Assembly: GCA_001771575.1 (NCBI GenBank)
Contig: MEUD01000001.1
Coordinates: forward strand, 415,277 to 479,276
DNA from: a candidate division WOR-1 bacterium RIFOXYB2_FULL_45_9
GTDB taxonomy: Bacteria; Margulisbacteria; WOR-1; O2-12-FULL-45-9; XYB2-FULL-48-7
Length of the DNA: 64,000 nucleotides
Direction of reading: 5' to 3'
Each line of letters starts with the position of its first letter. Positions within the stretch are counted from its first letter, which is position 1. A program made the position numbers and the translations under genes. The notes beneath the pieces were generated by a model. That model ran no database searches and was not told where the DNA came from. It saw only the letters and a program-made list of their open reading frames with translations. Positions 53,959-62,988 of the stretch are shown piece by piece.

Positions 53959-55384
53959 CGTTATTATAATCGGCGGCGGAGTGACCGGCGCGGCGATCGC
54001 CCGGGAACTTTCCCGTTACCGCCTCAAGATCGTCCTCCTGGAAAAAGAAGCGGAGCTCGCCTTCGGCGTCTCCAAATCAAACAGCGGTATTATCCATCCG
54101 GGGACGCAAAACCCGCCCGATTCACTGAAAGGAAAGCTCTGCGTCGCGGGGAATATTTTAACCCGCCAATTAGCCAAAGAACTGGGGGTCGATTTCAAAG
54201 AGGTCGGCGAACTGATCGTCATTTTTAAAGAAGAAGAGTTTTCCAGATTGCTGGAAATAAAAGCGGACGCGGAAAAGCTGGGGGTTCCCGGCCTTCGGAT
54301 CGTCGACCGGGAGTGGCTAAAGCTTCACGAACCAACCCTCAACCCCGAAGCCCATGCCGCCCTTTACGCGCCTACCGCCGGGATTATCTCTCCCTATCGC
54401 TGGGTTTACGACCTGGCGGAAAACGCGCGAAGGAACGGCGTTAAGGTATTAACTTCCCATAAGGTTATAAGCATCAGCCAAGAACACGGAAACCCGCGAC
54501 TAAACGTCGCGGTTTCCGGTTCCACCAAAATCTTTCAATCCCGCTTCGTGATCAACGCGGCCGGGCTTTACGCCGACGTGATCGCCCGACTGGTCGGGGT
54601 GACCGACATCGTCATCAAACCGCGCAAAGGGGAAGAGTTCCTCCTGGACAAAAAAAGGGAGGGGCTCTCTAAACACCTCCTCTTCCCCCTCCCCACGCCA
54701 ACCTCCAAAGGAACGCTGGTCATCATAACTTCGGACGGCAATCCGATGATCGGCCCGACCGCGACCGACATCGATGACAAGGAAGACCGGTCGACTTCAG
54801 ACGAAGGACTCGCCGGGGTCCTGGAAAACGTCAAAAAGCTTTTACCCGCGATCAGCGAAAATGATATTATCGCTTATTTTGCCGGGCTCCGGCCGGTGGC
54901 GGGGAAAGATTTTATCATCCGCCACGAAGAAAAAGTTCCCGGCTTCATCAATGTCGCCGGGATCCAATCTCCCGGCCTGACCGCCGCGCCGGCGATCGCC
55001 CTAATGGTCGCCGATCTCCTTAAAAAGAACGGTTTAAAATTACGGCGAAAAATATTTTTCCGCAAAAACCGCCGGCCGACCGTCCACCTCTTTTCTCTCC
55101 CTCTGGAGAAGATCACCAGGCTTATTAAAAGGGACCCTTCTTATGGCGACATCGTCTGCCGCTGTGAAATGGTCTCGGCCAAAGAGGTCCGCGAAGCGAT
55201 CAAACGCGGGGCCAGGACACTGGACGGGATAAAATTCAGGACCCGCGCCCAGGCGGGGCGCTGTCACGGCGGCTTCTGCACCACCCGGATCATGAAGATC
55301 ATGGCGGAAGAGCTCGGCGTTCCTTTGACCGAGATCACCAAACGGGGCCCCGGCTCGGAGGTTGTCAAAGATGAAAGAGCGTGA
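53948..55384 (+). CDS. FAD-dependent glycerol-3-phosphate dehydrogenase-like protein with BFD-like [2Fe-2S] C-terminus
   Basis: [37 protein letters not shown]; start ATG 53948. Confidence 0.85.
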   Translation: MNYDVIIIGGGVTGAAIARELSRYRLKIVLLEKEAELAFGVSKSNSGIIHPGTQNPPDSLKGKLCVAGNILTRQLAKELGVDFKEVGELIVIFKEEEFSRLLEIKADAEKLGVPGLRIVDREWLKLHEPTLNPEAHAALYAPTAGIISPYRWVYDLAENARRNGVKVLTSHKVISISQEHGNPRLNVAVSGSTKIFQSRFVINAAGLYADVIARLVGVTDIVIKPRKGEEFLLDKKREGLSKHLLFPLPTPTSKGTLVIITSDGNPMIGPTATDIDDKEDRSTSDEGLAGVLENVKKLLPAISENDIIAYFAGLRPVAGKDFIIRHEEKVPGFINVAGIQSPGLTAAPAIALMVADLLKKNGLKLRRKIFFRKNRRPTVHLFSLPLEKITRLIKRDPSYGDIVCRCEMVSAKEVREAIKRGARTLDGIKFRTRAQAGRCHGGFCTTRIMKIMAEELGVPLTEITKRGPGSEVVKDERA

Positions 55385-56321
55385 ACTGGTCATCGTCGGC
55401 GGCGGCCCGGCCGGAATGGCGGCCGCCCTGGCCGCTCATAAGAAAGGGGTCAAAGATATCCTCCTCCTGGAGCGGGACCAATTTCTGGGAGGGATACTCA
55501 ATCAGTGCATTCACCCCGGCTTTGGCCTTCATTATTATAAGGCCGACCTGACCGGACCGGAGTTTGCCAACCGGCTGATTAAAGAGATCAAGGCAACCCG
55601 GGAAATTGAGGTCAGCCCCCGCTCTTTTGCCGTCAAACTGACCGGCGATAAAATAATCACCTATCTCAAACCAGGGAAGATGGAAATCGTTAAGGCCCGC
55701 GCCCTGATCATGGCGACCGGTTGCCGGGAGCGGACACGCGAGATGGTCCATGTCGCGGGGACCAGGCCGGCCGGAGTCTTTCCCGCCGGGCTGGCGCAAA
55801 AGCTGATCAATATCGAAGGTCTCCTCCCCGGCCGGGAGGTCGTGATCATCGGCTCGGGAGATATCGGACTGATCATGGCCCGCCGCTTTACCCTTGAAGG
55901 GGCCGGGGTCAAGGCGGTCGTTGAGATCGAAGCAAAATCCCGCGGCCTGGTCCGGAACGTCGTCCAATGCCTGGAGGATTTTAATATCCCACTTTATTTC
56001 CGCCACCGGGTCGCCCGGATCCATGGACGCGACCGGGTGGAAAAAGTGACCGTTGAGAACACGGAAAACGGAGAGACCTTTGACCTCACCTGCGATACTG
56101 TCCTGGTCTCGGTCGGGCTGATCCCCGAGAACGAACTGGTTGAAATGGCTGGGGTTAAGCTTGACCCGGCAACTAATTCCCCCATATCTCAATCAGTTAA
56201 CCTTTGCTCGATCCCGGGGCTTTTTATCTGCGGCAACTCATATAAAGTCTATGACCTGGTCGATTCGGTCGCTCGCGACAGCGAAAAAGCGGGGGAAATG
56301 GCGGCGGAGTACCTGAAATGA
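55371..56321 (+). CDS. NAD(P)/FAD-dependent oxidoreductase (glp-associated)
   Basis: GGGPAG, GGILNQCIH, ATGCRER, GSGDIGLIMAR. Confidence 0.85.
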   Translation: MKERELVIVGGGPAGMAAALAAHKKGVKDILLLERDQFLGGILNQCIHPGFGLHYYKADLTGPEFANRLIKEIKATREIEVSPRSFAVKLTGDKIITYLKPGKMEIVKARALIMATGCRERTREMVHVAGTRPAGVFPAGLAQKLINIEGLLPGREVVIIGSGDIGLIMARRFTLEGAGVKAVVEIEAKSRGLVRNVVQCLEDFNIPLYFRHRVARIHGRDRVEKVTVENTENGETFDLTCDTVLVSVGLIPENELVEMAGVKLDPATNSPISQSVNLCSIPGLFICGNSYKVYDLVDSVARDSEKAGEMAAEYLK

Positions 56322-56701
56322 TCAAAAAAATGACCTGTATCGAATGTCCCATCGGTTGTCAGCTGGAAGTTGAGATCGAGAACGGCAAGGTCGTTAGGAT
56401 CACCGGGAACAAATGCGAAAAAGGCCCCCGCTACGCCAAACAGGAAATTGAAGCCCCGGCCCGGGTCCTGGCAACGACCGTCTTGGCCAAGGGACTGAAC
56501 TTAAAAATGGTCCCGGTCAGGACCACTCACCCCATCCCGAAAGCAAAACTTCTGGAAGCAATGGCGGAAATAAAAAAGATCAAACTTGACCGGCCGGTCA
56601 AAGTTGGGGATGTAATCGTTAAATCATTCCTCGGAGAAGCCGACCTGATCGCCACGCGGGAAGCTACTCGTACCTTAACGCTTCGATCGGCAGCATCTTA
56701 G
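56318..56701 (+). CDS. DUF1667-type CxxC protein (glp-associated)
   Basis: TCIECPIGC...GNKC. Confidence 0.8.
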   Translation: MIKKMTCIECPIGCQLEVEIENGKVVRITGNKCEKGPRYAKQEIEAPARVLATTVLAKGLNLKMVPVRTTHPIPKAKLLEAMAEIKKIKLDRPVKVGDVIVKSFLGEADLIATREATRTLTLRSAAS

Positions 56702-58622
56702 ACGCCCGCCAGGCGGGCCAGAGGCCAAAAACCACCCCGACCAGCACGGAAAAAGTAAAAGCCAGGACGATCGATCCGACTGAAATATAAACGTTCCATT
56801 GGGCCAAAGTGGATAACGCCCAGGAGACCAGACTACCGAACGCGATCCCGATCACTCCGCCAAAAAGACAGATCAAGACCGCTTCGACCAGGAACTGGAC
56901 AAGGATATCGCTCCTCTGGGCGCCAAGCGATTTGCGCAAGCCGATCTCGTGGGTCCGCTCCATCACCATGACCAGCATGATATTCATGATCCCGATCCCC
57001 CCGACCAGCAGGCTGACCGCCGCGACCGCCCCTAATAGGTACGACAGGGTCGAAATGAGGGCGCCGGCCGCCGCCTGGATCTCAGCCATGTTCATGACGT
57101 CGATGCTCTGGCGCTGTGATTCCGGCAAACGGTGGAGACGCATGATCTCGCCGATGATCCGCTCCGTAGCGTAAGACATTTGCTCCGCGTCCTTTACCTG
57201 GACCTCGAAATAATTGATGTAATCGTTCCCCAGCAGACGGTACATCGCCGTCTTGAGCGGGATCAGGACCCGGTCATCCTGGTTCTGGAAACCGGCCGCC
57301 CCCTGCTTTGGCAGGACCCCGATCAGATTGAAATTTATCCGGTTGATCCTGATCGACTGGCCGATCGGATTTTCCGCGCCAAAAAGCTCTTTGGCGACCG
57401 TTTGGCCGATCACCGCGACCTTGGCCTTGCTGTTGGCCTCCGACGGAGTAAAGAAGCGGCCCAGCTCGAGCGAAACATCGCGCATCACCGGATAATCGAC
57501 ACTGGTCCCGACCACGCTGGTGTTCCAATTTTTATTTTGGAAAACGACCTGCGCCCGGCCGGTAACGTAAGGGACAACATGATCGATCCCTTCAATCCGC
57601 TGGAGCGACTCATAATCGGCAAAGGTGAAGCGGGTCGGTCCCTGCGAGCCGAGGGAAATGCCGCTTGACCTGAAAGGAGCGCGGACCATCAGGATGTTCG
57701 TTCCCAGTGAAGAGAGGGTCTCTTCCATGCTCCGCTTGGCGCCGGTCCCCAGGGCGAGCATGGTAATGACCGCCGCGACCCCGATCATCACCCCTAAAAT
57801 GGAAAGGACCGAGCGGAGCTTATTGTTGACGATCGAAAGATAAGCCTCATAAGTATAGTTCAGCAGGCCGGCGACACAGCACCAGCGCCGTTTTTTTTCG
57901 ATCGGCTTCATTTCGGGAAGCCGGGCGGCGGGGGTAGGTCTTTTCCGCTCATCGGTGATTATCGCACCGTCATGCAGGGTCAGAACCCGGCTGGCGTATG
58001 CGGCGATATCGTGTTCATGGGTCACCATGATAATGGTGTTTCCCTGTTTGTTGAGCTCCTGCAGAAGCCCCATGATCTCTTTGGATGATTGGGAATCAAG
58101 ATTGCCGGTCGGTTCGTCGGCTAAAATAACCAGGGGATCGTTCGCCAGCGCCCTGACCAGGGCGACCCGCTGTTGCTGACCGCCGGAAAGCTGGTTGGGG
58201 CGATGCTTGAGCCTCTCCCCCAGCCCGACCTTTTTCAGCATCGAGAGAGCATGCTCTCTTTTCTCTCCATCGGTATCGCCGGAATAAATGAACGGCAAAA
58301 CAACGTTGTCGGAAACGTTGAGCTTCGGCAAAAGGTTGAAGGTTTGAAAAACAAAACCAAAAAAGCGGTTGCGCAAAACGGCGTAGTCGCTCTCTCCCTG
58401 TCGGGAAAGATCTTTATTCAAGAGAAAATACTCTCCGCTGTCCGCTTTATCTAGCAGTCCAAGGATCGCCATCAAGGTCGACTTGCCGGAACCGGACGGG
58501 CCCATGATCGCGACAAATTCCCCCGGTTCGATCTTCAGGTCGACGCCGCGCAGGGCGCGGACCGGGATCTCCCCGCCGATGTAATAAGTCTTTTGGACCT
58601 TTTTTAGCTCGATCAGCGGCAT
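56664..58622 (-). CDS. macB: MacB-type ABC ATPase-permease fusion
   Basis: GPSGSGKS, LSGGQQQR, DEPTG, GGIGIMNIM, ERTHEIG. Confidence 0.9.
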   Translation of the reverse strand: MPLIELKKVQKTYYIGGEIPVRALRGVDLKIEPGEFVAIMGPSGSGKSTLMAILGLLDKADSGEYFLLNKDLSRQGESDYAVLRNRFFGFVFQTFNLLPKLNVSDNVVLPFIYSGDTDGEKREHALSMLKKVGLGERLKHRPNQLSGGQQQRVALVRALANDPLVILADEPTGNLDSQSSKEIMGLLQELNKQGNTIIMVTHEHDIAAYASRVLTLHDGAIITDERKRPTPAARLPEMKPIEKKRRWCCVAGLLNYTYEAYLSIVNNKLRSVLSILGVMIGVAAVITMLALGTGAKRSMEETLSSLGTNILMVRAPFRSSGISLGSQGPTRFTFADYESLQRIEGIDHVVPYVTGRAQVVFQNKNWNTSVVGTSVDYPVMRDVSLELGRFFTPSEANSKAKVAVIGQTVAKELFGAENPIGQSIRINRINFNLIGVLPKQGAAGFQNQDDRVLIPLKTAMYRLLGNDYINYFEVQVKDAEQMSYATERIIGEIMRLHRLPESQRQSIDVMNMAEIQAAAGALISTLSYLLGAVAAVSLLVGGIGIMNIMLVMVMERTHEIGLRKSLGAQRSDILVQFLVEAVLICLFGGVIGIAFGSLVSWALSTLAQWNVYISVGSIVLAFTFSVLVGVVFGLWPAWRASKMLPIEALRYE

Positions 58623-59579
58623 TTAATCGCTCTGCCGGCGCTGGAGCGGATTGGTCGGTCCGCGCGTCCTCTGGAAACGTTTGTTGAGCTGTTCGATCAT
58701 GGGGATCGTCGGCACAACGACTTCGTCACCGACCCCAAGACCGCCGGTCACCTGGACGTTGAGGGTGTTTTCCAGCCCGGTCGTGATCTGCAAAGGCTGA
58801 GCTTTTCCCTCTTTCAGGACAAAAACATACGACCGTTCCCCAACCTTTTTAACGACATTTAGGGGAAGGACCGGGATGTCGTTTTTCTCGCTAAGAATAA
58901 AATTGACGGTCGCGCTCATCCCCGCCCGGAAAAAACCGGGGACCCTTCCGGGAAGGACATCGACCTGGTAAATGGTCACGTTGTTGATCGTTTTGGACTC
59001 AAAGGCGATATGCTCGACCCGCCCGTCGATCGACTCTCCCTGGTAAGCGTCAAGCTCGATGTTGACCACCTGTCCTTTGCTGATCCTGCCGATATCGGTC
59101 TCGTCGACCTGCGCCTTGACGATCAGGTAGTCGGCCATGACCAGGATCGGATCGTTGATCGTCACCGACTGCCCCGGCTCAACCGCCCGCTGGATGATGA
59201 ACCCGTTTAGCGGCGCCACGACCGGAGTCCTTTTGTAAACGTCTTCCCACTTGCTGACCTCGTCCGCCCCTTTGGCCCGGGCCGCGTCAAGAATTGCCGC
59301 CCGATCGGACGAGCTCATCCAGGCGAGGATATCCCCTTTTTTGACCGAATCCCCTTCCCTGACCAGCACTTCATCGATCCGGCCGCTTAAGGGGGGCTTG
59401 ATCTCTAAACGGCTCCGCGGCTCAACTACCCCGGTTGAAGGGACCTCGGCCTTAATGCTTCCCAGTTTTACTTTGACGCTCTTAAGCGGCTCCTCGCTTT
59501 TGCCGGCACAGCCGGACAAACCAACGACCAGCAGAAGACCGCTGACGACCAATCCCAACCCCCATATTTTTTTTCTCAT
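58623..59579 (-). CDS. MacA-type periplasmic adaptor
   Basis: Lipobox LSGC, lipoyl half-motifs, VDETDI. Confidence 0.85.
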   Translation of the reverse strand: MRKKIWGLGLVVSGLLLVVGLSGCAGKSEEPLKSVKVKLGSIKAEVPSTGVVEPRSRLEIKPPLSGRIDEVLVREGDSVKKGDILAWMSSSDRAAILDAARAKGADEVSKWEDVYKRTPVVAPLNGFIIQRAVEPGQSVTINDPILVMADYLIVKAQVDETDIGRISKGQVVNIELDAYQGESIDGRVEHIAFESKTINNVTIYQVDVLPGRVPGFFRAGMSATVNFILSEKNDIPVLPLNVVKKVGERSYVFVLKEGKAQPLQITTGLENTLNVQVTGGLGVGDEVVVPTIPMIEQLNKRFQRTRGPTNPLQRRQSD

Positions 59580-60868
59580 TTTACGTGTCCTCCATAACTT
59601 TTGTGCCAGGCCGCTTCCGCCAGCAAGGCCGACTTTAAAGAATTTATCAGACTGTTTTGACTGCTGAAATATTCATTTTGCACCTGGTCCCACTCATTGT
59701 ATGAGACCAATCCGTTCAAATATTTGACCTGCGCGATCTGGGCCCTTTGGGTCGACGCGTCAAGATAGATCTCGGCCAGCTTGTATTCCTCAAGCGCGTC
59801 GCGAAAAGTTTCATAAGCCTGGCGGATCGCGAAATATTGTTCTTTCTTAGTGATGGAAAAATCTTCCTTCGCTTTGTCGTATTGGGCGTCGCTGATCACC
59901 CGTTCGGCGATATTGCTTCCGCCGGGAAAAAGAGAATACGAAAGGTTCAGGCTAAGGGATTTACTCGATGAGTCCGGCGGCCAACTACTGCCGCTCTTTG
60001 AATAACTTCCCTGCAGGGAAACGGTCGGCAAATATTCGCTGATCGTCGCCCGCTGGTCGATCTCGGCCAGCGTCAGCTGGCTTCGCGACATTTTATACGC
60101 AGGCGCTTCTTTCAGGAGGGAGTCGAAGTCCGGCTCACCGATCGGCGCCGGGATAAATTCCCCCTCGACGCTTGAGACCTGGGCCTCGATCAATTGAGAA
60201 AGTTTCAATTTGGCCAGCTCCAATTGCCTTCCGGCGGAAAGATACCGGTAATCGGCCTCCCGGCGCTGGGCATCGGTCCTAAGATAGTTCCCTTTATCTT
60301 CCCGCCCGCTGTCGTACAACAGCTTGATCATCCTGGCATTCTCGTCGCGCGACTGTCGGATCGCCTTCAAAACATCGATGTTCCGCTGGCCAAGGTATAG
60401 ATTAACGAAAGCCTGGCGGAGCTGATAGTAATAATCAGCCTCGTTATACTGGAGGCTCGCCTGGTAAAAAGACAGGCTGGCGTTGGCGGAAGAAAGATTA
60501 TTATAATTGCTGAACCCTTTAAAGAGAGATTGGGAAAAACTAAGGCCGTAAGAATAACTGTTGGATTGACCGGTGGAATTATCCGACTGGCCGGCCGACA
60601 TGTTGGCCGAGATCTGGGGAAGAAATCCGCTGTAAGACTTGTAATATGTCCACCGCGCGACCTCAAGCTGTTTTTGGGCGCTCTTGATCTCGCGGCCGCT
60701 CCTCGCCGCTTCATTTAAAACCTGCGGCCAGGTCAAAGAACCAGCTTGCCCCGCAAGATAAAAAAGCAAAACAGCAACGTTAACTAACCTTGCCAATTTT
60801 AACCGCGCAATTAATTGCGCGGTTAAATTGGAACCTGGACAAAAAAGTTTTTTAAGTGATCTTATCAT
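59576..60868 (-). CDS. TolC family outer-membrane protein (start uncertain)
   Basis: Two OEP repeats (FLPQIS, YLPTVS; YDSG, YLNG). Confidence 0.85.
   Translation of the reverse strand: MIRSLKKLFCPGSNLTAQLIARLKLARLVNVAVLLFYLAGQAGSLTWPQVLNEAARSGREIKSAQKQLEVARWTYYKSYSGFLPQISANMSAGQSDNSTGQSNSYSYGLSFSQSLFKGFSNYNNLSSANASLSFYQASLQYNEADYYYQLRQAFVNLYLGQRNIDVLKAIRQSRDENARMIKLLYDSGREDKGNYLRTDAQRREADYRYLSAGRQLELAKLKLSQLIEAQVSSVEGEFIPAPIGEPDFDSLLKEAPAYKMSRSQLTLAEIDQRATISEYLPTVSLQGSYSKSGSSWPPDSSSKSLSLNLSYSLFPGGSNIAERVISDAQYDKAKEDFSITKKEQYFAIRQAYETFRDALEEYKLAEIYLDASTQRAQIAQVKYLNGLVSYNEWDQVQNEYFSSQNSLINSLKSALLAEAAWHKSYGGHVK
60798..60827. repeat. Perfect 30-bp palindrome at the tolC 5' end
   Basis: TTTAACCGCGCAATT|AATTGCGCGGTTAAA. 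Confidence 0.9.
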
Positions 60869-60884
60869 TCAATAAACCGATTGC

Positions 60885-61340
60885 TTATCGATTCCCTTTG
60901 CGTATTTTATTCCAATTTTCCTTCTCTGTCTTGCGGAATTTCTCCTTTTGTTCAGGGGTCAATATTCCCCAGAATTTGAGGAGGAAATCGGTCCGTTTCA
61001 ACTCCGAGTTGAGCCGGTTTTTGTTGATCTCCTTCAAATAACCTTCGATCGCTCCCCGGTCAGGCTTATCTTTGGTCATTTCGGTTCGCATCTTCATCAT
61101 CAGCTCTTCGTTCTTCTGCCTTGACGGCAAAAGGTCCCGCTCCATCGCCTGGCGGCTCTCCAGCAGTTTTGTCTTCTGCTCCGCGGTCAGGTTGAGGTCC
61201 TTAAAGATCCTCTCCGGGCCCATCTTTTCCCCCCTCATCATCCCCTTCCCCATATTCGGCCGGACCGCTTCCGCCGGGACCGCCAAAGAACCAAGCAAAC
61301 CGATCATTAGTAAACAAACGAGCAAACTATTAAACTTCAT
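60885..61340 (-). CDS. Spy/CpxP family periplasmic protein
   Basis: Signal peptide, LTAEQ and LTPEQ motifs; start ATG 61340 with GGAGG SD. Confidence 0.85.
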   Translation of the reverse strand: MKFNSLLVCLLMIGLLGSLAVPAEAVRPNMGKGMMRGEKMGPERIFKDLNLTAEQKTKLLESRQAMERDLLPSRQKNEELMMKMRTEMTKDKPDRGAIEGYLKEINKNRLNSELKRTDFLLKFWGILTPEQKEKFRKTEKENWNKIRKGNR

Positions 61341-61393
61341 TTTTATTCCTCCCTTAATATCCAACTTTGCCCGACTATCCTTTCTTAATATCA

Positions 61394-61422
61394 TTAGACA
61401 AAGCGCCGGACAAAAAAGTTCC
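61394..61422 (-). promoter_or_regulatory. ECF sigma promoter
   Basis: GGAACT-N17-GTCTAA upstream of the spy-like gene. Confidence 0.8.
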
Positions 61423-61703
61423 TAGTTCTCAAAAATAAAGTTCTCCAGCGCTCTTCCGCCGCTCTCGTCCTGGACCACGAACGAGACCAGCGCGCCGCCA
61501 TCGTCCTGGCTGGAGGAGAAATAGTCGGCCGCGGGGAGAGCGACGATAAAAAGGACCGCGATCACAAGCAGAGGGGCCGCCAGTTGGACGATTAGGAACG
61601 ACCGGCGGGCCGCTTTCTGCTCGATCTGATGATAAAGCTGGTTATAATCGACGGGGGGGGCGCTTTTCTTCAGCCCCTGGATATATTTATCGTAGCTAAC
61701 CAT
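61422..61703 (-). CDS. Putative single-TM anti-sigma factor
   Basis: Overlaps the sigma stop; one TM helix. Confidence 0.6.
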   Translation of the reverse strand: MVSYDKYIQGLKKSAPPVDYNQLYHQIEQKAARRSFLIVQLAAPLLVIAVLFIVALPAADYFSSSQDDGGALVSFVVQDESGGRALENFIFEN

Positions 61704-62175
61704 TTTTCATCACTTCCTTTTTCACGATCTCCCGACCCCGGTGGAGGTTGGATTTCACCGTCCCGATCGGCAATCCGGTCAGTTCCGCGATCTCTTCCAG
61801 CGGTCGTTCCTCAACATCGGCCAGTAGCAGGACCATCCGCTGGCGCGGGTTCAGTTTGGAGAGAGGGACCGAAAGGTCGTCCACCGCTTCCGGGGGATGT
61901 TCGTAAACCACCCGCAGGGCCGCCAAGATCTGCCTCCCTTTCCGATAGAGGGTCTGCTTTTTAGCGTAATTGATCGCGGCGTTGACCGTCACCCGATAGA
62001 TCCAGGTCTCGACTTTTGCCTCACCCCGGAAATTCTTGAGCGCTTTGTGGACCGCCAGCCAAACTTCCTGGAAAAGGTCTTCCCGATCTTCCCGGTCAAA
62101 AACATAACGGGAGGCGATCCGCCAGACTTTTTCTTTGTGCGCCTCGTAAAGAGAGGCAAATTCAAGTGGTGACAT
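61696..62175 (-). CDS. ECF RNA polymerase sigma factor
   Basis: EDLFQEVW, TWIYR, EIAELTGLPIGTVKSNLHRGR. Confidence 0.93.
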   Translation of the reverse strand: MSPLEFASLYEAHKEKVWRIASRYVFDREDREDLFQEVWLAVHKALKNFRGEAKVETWIYRVTVNAAINYAKKQTLYRKGRQILAALRVVYEHPPEAVDDLSVPLSKLNPRQRMVLLLADVEERPLEEIAELTGLPIGTVKSNLHRGREIVKKEVMKNG

Positions 62176-62192
62176 ACCCTTCTCCTAGCTGT

Positions 62193-62221
62193 TTAGACAA
62201 TCGCCGGCAGAAAAAAGTTCC
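62193..62221 (-). promoter_or_regulatory. ECF sigma autoregulatory promoter
   Basis: GGAACT-N17-GTCTAA upstream of the sigma gene, near-identical to 61394-61422. Confidence 0.8.
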
Positions 62222-62226
62222 AAAGA

Positions 62227-62979
62227 TCAATGAGCAATAAAGAGCAGGGCGACCATTATCCCAAGCCCGCAGATGATCGCGGTCAGCTGTTTCCACGATT
62301 CTACCGCCTCGCAGGAATCATGCAAGGCGGGGATCAGGTCGGAGCCGGCCATGTAGATAAAACCGCCGGCGGTGATCGGCATCAGATAAAGGGCGTAATC
62401 TTTGACGAACGGACCGATGGTCAGGGAGATAACCGCCCCCGCCACCGCCAGGACAGCCGATAAAAAATTAAACAACAGGGCGCGCCGGACCGTCAGGCCG
62501 CCATGGACCAAAACCCCAAAATCCCCGATCTCCTGCGGGATCTCGTGAAGGATGACCGCCAGGGTCGTCGCCAGGCCGATCGGCAGACTGACCAGATAGC
62601 TCGCCCCAATGATCATCCCGTCAATCAAATTGTGGACGGCGTCGCCGATCAGGTTCATAAAGACGACCGGATGAGGATGATGCTCGGAGGTTGGGACGTG
62701 GCAGTGGCGCCAGCGGACAAATTTTTCCAGGATGAAAAACATGAGGATCCCGGCCAGGATCAACAGCGACACCAATAATTTATCGCCGAAGCTTTCGAAC
62801 GCCTCCGGGATCAGGTGAATAAAGGCATCGCCAAAAAGACCGCCAACGGCAAAGCTGACCAAAACAAGCAGGATCTCTCCCAATTTTGACCGGTTCAGGG
62901 AAAGAGTAAAGACACCGATCAGCGAGATCAAACTGACCAGCGCCACCGACAGCAATGACCAACCCCATATTTCCAGCAT
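62227..62979 (-). CDS. ZIP family metal transporter
   Basis: HNLIDG, HEIPQEIGDF, His-rich loop. Confidence 0.92.
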   Translation of the reverse strand: MLEIWGWSLLSVALVSLISLIGVFTLSLNRSKLGEILLVLVSFAVGGLFGDAFIHLIPEAFESFGDKLLVSLLILAGILMFFILEKFVRWRHCHVPTSEHHPHPVVFMNLIGDAVHNLIDGMIIGASYLVSLPIGLATTLAVILHEIPQEIGDFGVLVHGGLTVRRALLFNFLSAVLAVAGAVISLTIGPFVKDYALYLMPITAGGFIYMAGSDLIPALHDSCEAVESWKQLTAIICGLGIMVALLFIAH

Positions 62980-62988
62980 TTTTTCCTC

